Source: Terrimicrobiaceae bacterium (GTDB lineage Bacteria; Verrucomicrobiota; Verrucomicrobiia; Chthoniobacterales; Terrimicrobiaceae). Taken from it: 13,717 nucleotides of DNA. Under the pieces are notes generated by a model. That model saw only the letters and a list, made by a program, of their open reading frames with translations, searched no databases and was not told the origin of the DNA. Both the position numbers and the translations under genes were made by a program. Position 1 is the first letter of the stretch, and every line of letters starts with the position of its first letter. The stretch is taken from positions 1 to 13,717 of the forward strand of contig JBGSVZ010000022.1 in assembly GCA_041752695.1 (NCBI GenBank). The letters run 5' to 3'. Positions 7,661 through 13,717 of this stretch are shown in pieces.

Positions 7661-8596
7661 GTGAGAAAAGCGGCGCGACCTGCGGAAAAAAACCGGGCTT
7701 CGGCCTCGGCCAACCGCAACCTTCTCGAAGAGCAATTTTACCGGCATTTGGAGGGAGAAAAAAATGCCTCACGACACACCCTCACCGCCTACCGTCAGGC
7801 CCTGACCGGATTCCGCGAGTTCCGGCCGCAGGTTTCCTGGCGCTCCGCCACAGCCGACGATTTTCGCGCCTACCTTTTCAAACTGACGAAAGACGGCAAG
7901 GCCCGCTCCACCATCCGAGCCGTCTTTTCGGCCCTGCGCAGCCTTTACACCTTCCTCGTGATCCGCGGGATCCTCCCGACCAATATTCTCAAAACCGTCG
8001 AACTTCCCAAAATCGAAAAGCAGCTTCCGAAGTTTCTCACCATCAGTCAGGTGGAAACCTTTTTGGAAAAACCCGCCAAAGCGGAACGGCAAAAGCAGGC
8101 TCCGGCCTGGATGGCGTCTCGCGACGAAGCCATCTTCGAACTCTTTTATTCCACGGGCTTACGCCTCTCCGAGCTTGTTTCCCTCGACGTGGGATCCGTC
8201 GATCCCTTCAGCGAAACCGTCCGCGTGCTGGGCAAGGGTTCGAAAGAACGGATCTGCCCCGTCGGAGGTCCGGCGCTCGAATCGATTTCGCGCTACCGCT
8301 CAAAGGCCGGCGTCCACTCCGGCCCGCTTTTTCTCAATAAGTCCCGCCGCAGGCTTTCCTCCCGATCGGTCTGGCTGGCCATGAAAAAATACCTCCAGGC
8401 GGCCGGATTGCCGGCGGACCTCAGCCCGCACAAACTTCGTCACAGCTTCGCCACCCACCTTCTTGATGGCGGCGCAGACCTGCGCAGCGTCCAAACCCTC
8501 CTCGGCCACGCCAACCTCTCCACGACGCAGATCTACACTCACGTCACGGCTGAGAGGCTTAAACGGGCCTACGAAAACGCCCACCCGAGGGCATGA
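7661..8596 (+). CDS. xerC: Tyrosine recombinase XerC
   Basis: N-terminal EKNASRHTLTAY SAM-like domain. Catalytic residues: RDEAIFELFYSTGLRLSEL (R), GKGSKER (K), SPHKLRHSFATHLL (HxxR), GADLRSVQTLLGHANLSTTQIYTHV (H, Y), ending in AHPRA. The XerC versus XerD call and the exact start are inferred. Confidence 0.85.
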   Translation: MRKAARPAEKNRASASANRNLLEEQFYRHLEGEKNASRHTLTAYRQALTGFREFRPQVSWRSATADDFRAYLFKLTKDGKARSTIRAVFSALRSLYTFLVIRGILPTNILKTVELPKIEKQLPKFLTISQVETFLEKPAKAERQKQAPAWMASRDEAIFELFYSTGLRLSELVSLDVGSVDPFSETVRVLGKGSKERICPVGGPALESISRYRSKAGVHSGPLFLNKSRRRLSSRSVWLAMKKYLQAAGLPADLSPHKLRHSFATHLLDGGADLRSVQTLLGHANLSTTQIYTHVTAERLKRAYENAHPRA

Positions 8597-8639
8597 GCGG
8601 TGAGGGGACGATTTCCCTGTGGCTGAGAAGGAGGCTTTG

Positions 8640-8657
8640 CACCGGCTTCTGCCGGTG
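8640..8657. terminator. GC-rich hairpin between convergent genes, possible terminator
   Basis: CACCGGC-TTCT-GCCGGTG, a perfect 7-bp stem between the convergent xerC and small-protein genes. No U-tract on either side. Confidence 0.3.
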
Positions 8658-8702
8658 AGTAGAAACAGACAACGGCAGGATGCCGATGCCACCTTCCGCC
8701 GA

Positions 8703-8903
8703 CTACCCTTTTTTCAACAAAGGCAGGCCGGTTTTTTCGTTCTCCCAAACCACATAACCCGGGGGCACAGCATCAATCGCACCCGCGGCGGGCTGGCCGG
8801 CGAAATAATATAACGTCACTTCCTGCCCGCCCTTCAGCTTTTGCAGCCGGGCGTGCAGGTAGTAGGTTTTTCCCGATTTGTTGCTGACAACACTGAAGGC
8901 CAT
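8703..8903 (-). CDS. Small conserved basic hypothetical protein (66 aa)
   Basis: MAFSVVSNKSGKTYYLHARLQKLKGGQEVTLYYFAGQPAAGAIDAVPPGYVVWENEKTGLPLLKKG. Protein-like composition with motifs GxTYYLH, YYFA, PxGYxVxENxxTGLPxLKK that I recall from an unannotated small-protein family. ATG at 8903, 48 nt downstream of rpmB. Confidence 0.8.
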   Translation of the reverse strand: MAFSVVSNKSGKTYYLHARLQKLKGGQEVTLYYFAGQPAAGAIDAVPPGYVVWENEKTGLPLLKKG

Positions 8904-8951
8904 AATGGGAAGCCTGGGGGCGATCACCCGGGAAAACCCCGGGAGTTTGCC

Positions 8952-9215
8952 TTAAATGAGGCCGGCTTTACGGAGGGTCTTGTGCGCTCCGTTTTTGGCG
9001 ACGGTCTTGAAAGCCCGGGCCGTTGCCTTGACAACCACGAACTTCTTGAGTTCGGGCACCCAGACACGTTTGGTCTTCAAGTTGGGCGTGTGCCAACGCA
9101 AAACCGACTTGGTGACGTGCATGCCGATGCCGCCTTTTTTCTTCGCGAGACCGCGGCGGTGGATTTTTCTCCCCCGCTTGGGGCGTGCTCCGGTGATATC
9201 ACATTTAATAGCCAT
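8952..9215 (-). CDS. rpmB: 50S ribosomal protein bL28
   Basis: MAIKCDITGARPKRG...RWHTPNLKTKRVWVPELKKFV...ARAFKTVAKNG, with the PVC-type insert GLAKKKGGIG. Start is ATG 9215. Confidence 0.96.
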   Translation of the reverse strand: MAIKCDITGARPKRGRKIHRRGLAKKKGGIGMHVTKSVLRWHTPNLKTKRVWVPELKKFVVVKATARAFKTVAKNGAHKTLRKAGLI

Positions 9216-9237
9216 GGAAATTTTGAAAAGGGGAGGG

Positions 9238-9266
9238 AGCTTCTCCTTCAATCCCCAGTCCGTCAA
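9238..9266 (-). promoter_or_regulatory. Putative sigma-70 promoter of rpmB
   Basis: Minus strand TTGACG (9266-9261), 17 nt, GAAGCT (9243-9238). Near-consensus -35 and an xAxxxT -10. Confidence 0.5.
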
Positions 9267-9295
9267 GCGCGTTTTTGCATTCTGGAAAGGCCACG

Positions 9296-9556
9296 GGGCG
9301 TCATGAAAAGTAGGCGAGGCTCAAGATCAGCACCAAAGGTGCGGAAGTCTCATAGCCCAGTCCGCAGGGCTGGGTTCGCGATGGTCAATTTCGAGCGGCC
9401 TGACGGGCCGCGATTGAGCCATGAGCTGGGACGGGCATCGGATCGCGGCCCTTCAGGCCGCCTTTTTTTCGGCCAAAGCCCCGGGCCTTCGACCCGGGCT
9501 GTGGAATAACAGGCCTTCAGCCCTTTCGCAGACCTCACCCACTTCTCATAACACCC
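9296..9556. mobile_element. MITE/REPIN-like element (261 bp) with 24-bp terminal inverted repeats, imperfect 11-bp flanking direct repeat and nested internal inverted repeats
   Basis: TIRs 9296-9319 and 9533-9556 match 19/24. Flanks GAAAGGCCACG (9285-9295) and GAAAGGCCGCA (9557-9567) match 9/11. Inner 20-bp inverted repeat 9395-9414/9442-9461 matches 19/20. No transposase ORF. Confidence 0.75.
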
Positions 9557-9616
9557 GAAAGGCCGCAGGCGAAAAGGGACCGTCGTTTCCCGCAAGGCGG
9601 ACAAGCGTGGTTTTTT

Positions 9617-10342
9617 TTAGGAGGCCAACGCAGCGTTCTGAATCTGCAGTAGCTTTTCGATCCCCGACTTGCCGAGATCCAACATGGCGGTGAGTTGCGC
9701 GGACGAAAAGACCGCCTCCTCCCCGGAGCCCTGCACCTCCACGAAATCGAGGGCATCGGTCATGACCAGATTCAGATCCACGCTCGCGTCCTTGTCTTCG
9801 AGGTAATTTAAGTCCAGCAGGGGCACGTCGTTGACCATCCCCACACTCACAGCCGCCACCTTGCGTTTCATCGGGGACCGCGCGAGCTTTCCCGCCGCGA
9901 TGAGTTTGCGAAAAGCCAGCTCCACCGCCACGCAGGCTCCCGTAATGGCAGCCGTGCGGGTGCCGCCATCGGCTTGCAGCACATCACAATCCACCCAGAG
10001 CGTCCGAGGCCCGAGCGCCACCAGGTCCACCGCGGCTCGGAGCGAACGTCCGATGAGGCGCTGAATTTCCGTTCCCCGGCCATCGGGGCGGCCCTTGGTA
10101 ATATCGCGGGGTTTCCGGGCAATCGTGGAATAGGGAAGCATCGAGTATTCCGCCGTCAGCCAACCCCCGGGCACTCCCTGTTCCTTCATCCAGCGAGGCA
10201 CCCCCTCATCAATCATCGCGGCACAAATCACCCGCGTCTGCCCGAAGGCGACCAGCACCGATCCATGGGCATGCGGAGCGACGCCGGGTTCGAGGGTTAC
10301 TACGCGAAGTTCACCTGTTTCTCTGCCATCGAGACGTGTCAT
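9617..10342 (-). CDS. rph: Ribonuclease PH
   Basis: MTRLDGR...GSVLVAFGQTRVICA...GWLTAEYSMLPYST...GRGTEIQRLIGRSLRA...DCDVLQADGGTRTAAITGA...LDLNYLED...EVQGSGE. Start is ATG 10342. Confidence 0.97.
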   Translation of the reverse strand: MTRLDGRETGELRVVTLEPGVAPHAHGSVLVAFGQTRVICAAMIDEGVPRWMKEQGVPGGWLTAEYSMLPYSTIARKPRDITKGRPDGRGTEIQRLIGRSLRAAVDLVALGPRTLWVDCDVLQADGGTRTAAITGACVAVELAFRKLIAAGKLARSPMKRKVAAVSVGMVNDVPLLDLNYLEDKDASVDLNLVMTDALDFVEVQGSGEEAVFSSAQLTAMLDLGKSGIEKLLQIQNAALAS

Positions 10343-10412
10343 GAGCCACGCAGAGTGGAGCTTGGGCCGCGTCCAGGGCAAGACTCATTTCCCGAACGAA
10401 ACTGGCAACCCC

Positions 10413-11456
10413 TTATTTTTCGACGTCCGCGCGAATCTGGGCGGCGATGCGGCCGAACTCTGCCGCGACCGCGCCATTAGGTTCCGCGGAAACCACCGGG
10501 CGTCCAATGTCGCCGCCTTCGCGGACCGCCATCTCAATCGGAATCTGACCCAGCAAAGGCACTTTCAGCCGGGCCGCCTCACGCGCGCCACCGCCCGTGC
10601 CGAAAATATCGTACCGCTGGCCGTCACTTGGACAGAGGAAATAGCTCATATTTTCCACGATGCCGCGAACCTCGACGTTGGTTTTTTGGAACATGCCAAC
10701 CGCCTTGCGCGCATCGATCAGGGCAACTTCCTGCGGGGTGGTGACAATAATGGCCCCGCTGAGAGCAATGGTCTGGACAATGGTCAATTGGATGTCCCCC
10801 GTTCCCGGAGGCAGGTCGAGGATCAGGTAATCCAGCGGGGCCCAGGCAACCTGACGAAGGAATTGCTGGGTGTACCGTGTGACCATAGGGCCTCGCAGCA
10901 CGGCAGGCGAACCGTCGTCGATGAGAAAGCCCATCGACATCAGCTTGAGCCCCTCACGCTCGATGGGAATAATGCGATCCTGTTCGTCCGCCATGGGGCG
11001 TTCGTTGACCCCAAACATCAGCGCGATGCTGGGACCATACAGGTCACAATCGCAGAGCCCCACCTTCGCGCCGGTGCGCGCCAGGGCCAGGGCGAGATTG
11101 ACCGCAACGGTCGATTTCCCCACCCCACCCTTCCCACTGGCCACAGCGACGACATGACGCACCCCTTCGATACCAGCCGGGCCGGGAAGTCCTGCGGCTT
11201 GGGCGGGTGCCTGGATGTCGATTTTCACGTCAACAACGCCGACACCCGCGACCGAGGCCAGCGCGGCTTTGGCTTCATCCCGGATCTGCGTGGCCACCGC
11301 GGGTTCGGACGTGGTCAGGGTCATTTGCACGGTCACATTGGGACCATTGACGGTGATTTCCTTGACGAGTCCAAAGGACACAATGTCGCGGGAAAAGCCG
11401 GGGTATTTGACGCGGCGCAGCGCGTCACGGAGAGACTGTTCGTCGAGTGAAGCCAT
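10413..11456 (-). CDS. mrp: Mrp/ApbC (NBP35 family) Fe-S cluster carrier ATPase with N-terminal FeS_assembly_P domain
   Basis: VKYPGFSRDIVSFGLV N-terminal domain, VASGKGGVGKSTVA deviant Walker A, DLYGPSI, LRGPM, DLPPGTGD, TTPQEVALIDARK and ENMSYFLCP. Confidence 0.95.
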   Translation of the reverse strand: MASLDEQSLRDALRRVKYPGFSRDIVSFGLVKEITVNGPNVTVQMTLTTSEPAVATQIRDEAKAALASVAGVGVVDVKIDIQAPAQAAGLPGPAGIEGVRHVVAVASGKGGVGKSTVAVNLALALARTGAKVGLCDCDLYGPSIALMFGVNERPMADEQDRIIPIEREGLKLMSMGFLIDDGSPAVLRGPMVTRYTQQFLRQVAWAPLDYLILDLPPGTGDIQLTIVQTIALSGAIIVTTPQEVALIDARKAVGMFQKTNVEVRGIVENMSYFLCPSDGQRYDIFGTGGGAREAARLKVPLLGQIPIEMAVREGGDIGRPVVSAEPNGAVAAEFGRIAAQIRADVEK

Positions 11457-11499
11457 GAACGCTCAAGTATGCGCAGCCTGGCGGCGGCGACAAGCGCGG

Positions 11500-12873
11500 T
11501 CAGAAGGATTTTCGCAGATGGCTGGGCAAAATCCCGAGCTGTTCCCGGTATTTTGCCACCGTGCGGCGGGCGATGGGGACGCCTTTTTCGGTGAGACGCA
11601 CGACAATTTCCTGATCGCTCATCGGATGTTTCGGATCCTCGATGCGCACGATCTCCGCAATGGCCTGGCGTACGCTCTCGTTGCTGACCGACTGGCCTTC
11701 CGCCGTGGTGTAGCCCGAGGTGAAAAAATACTTCAACTCATACAGTCCGCGCGGGGTCTGCATGTATTTCCCGGAGACCGCGCGACTCACCGTCGTCTCA
11801 TGGACGCCCACGGACTGCGCCACCTGGCTCATCGTCATGGGCCGCAAATGCGCCGGACCAATGTCGAAGAACTCCCGCTGACGTTCCACGATTTCCCGGG
11901 CGATATTCAGGAGCGTGTGCTGGCGCTGCTGGATACATTTGATGAAAAACCGCCCACCGCGAATCTTGTCGCGCAAATAATCCCGCACCTCGCGGCTCGA
12001 TCCCGTTTGCGAGAGCATGTCTTTGTAGTCATTGCCAATCCGCAGGGCGGGGATCTCGTCGTCGTTCAGCGCGACAATGTAGGAGTCCCCATCCTTTTCC
12101 ACCGTCACATCAGCCAGAATGGTCTGATCCTCCTCGGAGGTAAACTGGCGGCCCGGGCGCGGATCAAGTTCGGCAATGGCTTCCGCTGCGCGCTGCACCT
12201 CGCTGGCGGTGACGTGCAGAAGCTTGGCGATCTCGGGAAGTTTCCGTCGGGCCAACTCGTCGAGATGATGCTGCACGATGCGGCTCTCCAGACCATACCC
12301 CCGACCGCTGCGCCGCAACTGCAGCAACAGACATTCCGACAGCGTGTGCGCGCCGACCCCGGCGGGCTCCAAAGCCTGCACCGCCTCCACCACCCGCATC
12401 ACTTCCTCCACCCCACAACCGGCCTGGCTGGCGATCTCCTCATCCGTGGCGCAGAGATACCCGCGGTCGTCAATATTGCCAACAACCACCAGCGAAATTC
12501 CCCGCTCCCGCTCGGAAAGCGACGACCCGCTCAGCTGCTCCAGCAAATACTGCTGCAAGGTGGGCGAACGGGTTTGCGAATCGAGAAAATGCTGACGCCG
12601 CTCCTGCGCTTCCGACGTCCAGGGCTCGGCGGTCGCCTTCTGCGCAAAATACTCATTCCACTCGTCGCCCATGTCCGAAGTGGTTTCCGCATGCTCCGCA
12701 TCCGGGGCGTTCTCCCTCGGCTCCTCTTCCAAGACAGGATTCACTTCCAACTCGGCCGCCACCAGTTGACGCAACTCCATCAGGGGAGCCTGCAGGATAT
12801 TGAGACTCTGCTGCATCTGCGGCGACAAAGTCTGCTGCAGCGCCAGTCCCTGATATTGCTCCATTCCCGCCAT
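11500..12873 (-). CDS. rpoN: RNA polymerase sigma-54 factor
   Basis: Region I LQQTLSPQMQQSLNILQ...NPVLE, PAGVGA...ECLLLQL, HTH HETTVSRAVSGKY...ELKYFF, SDQEI and RpoN box ARRTVAKYRE. The start could be ATG 12873 or 12864. Confidence 0.97.
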   Translation of the reverse strand: MAGMEQYQGLALQQTLSPQMQQSLNILQAPLMELRQLVAAELEVNPVLEEEPRENAPDAEHAETTSDMGDEWNEYFAQKATAEPWTSEAQERRQHFLDSQTRSPTLQQYLLEQLSGSSLSERERGISLVVVGNIDDRGYLCATDEEIASQAGCGVEEVMRVVEAVQALEPAGVGAHTLSECLLLQLRRSGRGYGLESRIVQHHLDELARRKLPEIAKLLHVTASEVQRAAEAIAELDPRPGRQFTSEEDQTILADVTVEKDGDSYIVALNDDEIPALRIGNDYKDMLSQTGSSREVRDYLRDKIRGGRFFIKCIQQRQHTLLNIAREIVERQREFFDIGPAHLRPMTMSQVAQSVGVHETTVSRAVSGKYMQTPRGLYELKYFFTSGYTTAEGQSVSNESVRQAIAEIVRIEDPKHPMSDQEIVVRLTEKGVPIARRTVAKYREQLGILPSHLRKSF

Positions 12874-12890
12874 CCGGAGGCAGATCATTC

Positions 12891-12906
12891 AGGCACTTAA
12901 CTTGCT
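12891..12906 (+). promoter_or_regulatory. Sigma-54 -24/-12 site oriented toward kdsA (antisense to rpoN)
   Basis: AGGCACTTAACTTGCT against consensus TGGCACG-N4-TTGC(A/T), with exact GG-N10-GC spacing. Confidence 0.7.
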
Positions 12907-12912
12907 AGCGCA

Positions 12913-12928
12913 AGCATTTTTCACGCCA
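12913..12928 (-). promoter_or_regulatory. Sigma-54 -24/-12 site oriented toward rpoN
   Basis: Minus strand TGGCGTGAAAAATGCT, with exact GG-N10-GC spacing, 39 nt upstream of rpoN ATG 12873. Confidence 0.6.
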
Positions 12929-13015
12929 GAAAGGCCGGGGAGGAATTTTCTCCTCCGTCGAACAACCTTTTGCAAACACTTGGCGAACCGCCTTGAAACA
13001 GCATACCCTCCGGCA

Positions 13016-13717
13016 ATGCCCCGACCTGTCGTAAAAATTGGCCGCCACACCCTGGGCGGCAAGGATCCGCTATTTATACTCGGCCCGTGCGTGATCGAAT
13101 CCGCGGCTTTCGCCCGCCGCATGGCCAAAAAACTTCACGCCATCTGTGGTGACGCGGGGGTGGATTTTCTTTTTAAGGCCTCCTATGACAAAGCGAATCG
13201 CACTTCCGGCAAGTCCTTCCGTGGCATGGGCGCGAAGGAAGGGTGTGCCCTCCTGGCGGAAATCGGCGGCGAGTTTAATGTCCCCGTGACCACCGACGTC
13301 CATTCCCCCGAGGAGATCGAAATCGCCCGGGAGTACATCGACTTGCTGCAAATCCCCGCCTTCCTCTGCCGCCAGACCGACCTCATCGAATCCGCCGGGC
13401 GGAGCGGGCGGGCGGTGAATGTCAAAAAAGGCCAGTTCCTCGCGCCGTGGGATGTGGGCAACATCGGCAAAAAACTGGAGGCCGTCGGCTGCAAGGCGTT
13501 CTTTTTCACCGAACGGGGTGCCACCTTCGGCTACAATAACCTTGTCGCAGACATGCGCTCCATTTACTGGATGCAGGAATTGAATTATCAGGTAGTTTTC
13601 GACGCAACACATTCCGTGCAACGTCCTGGTGGAGCGGGTGACCGAACCGGCGGGGACGGCGTGCTGGCACCCGTCCTAGCCCGGGCAGCCGTGGCCGCCG
13701 GTTGCGATGGCGTGTTC
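13016..13717 (+). CDS. kdsA: 3-deoxy-D-manno-octulosonate 8-phosphate (KDO8P) synthase; 3'-truncated by the window edge
   Basis: Absent from the ORF track because it has no stop in the window. From ATG 13016: MPRPVVKIG...ILGPCVIES...FKASYDKANRTS...SFRG...TDVH...LQIPAFLCRQTDL...NVKKGQFLAPWD...ERGATFGYNNLVADMR...FDATHSVQRPGG. GPC (rather than GxN) indicates the metal-dependent class. Confidence 0.97.
   Translation, partial: MPRPVVKIGRHTLGGKDPLFILGPCVIESAAFARRMAKKLHAICGDAGVDFLFKASYDKANRTSGKSFRGMGAKEGCALLAEIGGEFNVPVTTDVHSPEEIEIAREYIDLLQIPAFLCRQTDLIESAGRSGRAVNVKKGQFLAPWDVGNIGKKLEAVGCKAFFFTERGATFGYNNLVADMRSIYWMQELNYQVVFDATHSVQRPGGAGDRTGGDGVLAPVLARAAVAAGCDGVF

Noticed and set aside
7661..8596. Tyrosine recombinase as a phage or island integrase
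   Set aside because: Its size and motifs fit chromosomal XerC/D, the neighbours are housekeeping genes, and no tRNA, att site or phage genes are visible.
9541..9568. ACTTCTCATAA, resembling the XerC arm of a dif site, about 1 kb from xerC
   Set aside because: No XerD arm (TTATGTTAAAT-like) follows after 6 nt, and the sequence is better explained as part of the element's terminal inverted repeat.
9350..9604. 84-aa minus-strand ORF and overlapping small ORFs in the rph-rpmB spacer
   Set aside because: They run through the palindromic element and have no transposase or other recognisable features.
9296..9610. tRNA, 6S, SRP, tmRNA or RNase P RNA in the long structured spacer
   Set aside because: I found no T-loop, cloverleaf or other signature motifs of these RNAs. 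The symmetry with terminal repeats fits a repeat element better. An Rfam scan would settle it.
1262..11456. An Fe-S biogenesis cluster made of the ferredoxin, SufR-like regulator and Mrp
   Set aside because: The genes are scattered over 10 kb in different transcription units, with no suf/isc core genes.

Overview
GC-rich chromosomal window, most likely from a Verrucomicrobiota (PVC) bacterium, inferred from the L28 protein carrying the Chlamydiae/Verrucomicrobia-type GxxKKKxGIG insert. It is mostly housekeeping genes: the 3' end of an ABC-F ATPase, a thioredoxin-like [2Fe-2S] ferredoxin, a cytidylate-kinase-like protein, a SAM methyltransferase, an NADPH-FMN reductase, an ArsR/SufR-like regulator, a DegP/HtrA protease, a DUF4912 protein, xerC, a small conserved protein, rpmB, rph, mrp/apbC, rpoN and the 5' part of kdsA (missed by the ORF track). 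Signals not explained by the ORF track: (i) a two-gene toxin-antitoxin-like module whose DUF6036-type nucleotidyltransferase is split by a 1-nt frameshift just after its catalytic motif; (ii) two different miniature inverted-repeat elements (4490-4660 and 9296-9556) wrapping REP-like hairpins, the second flanked by an imperfect 11-bp direct repeat; (iii) two face-to-face sigma-54 -24/-12 sites between divergent rpoN and kdsA; (iv) a 13-unit Ser-Ser-Trp octad repeat in the DUF4912 protein; (v) several candidate leaderless or short-leader promoters with a relaxed -10 box. Family assignments come from motif recognition by eye, not from database searches.
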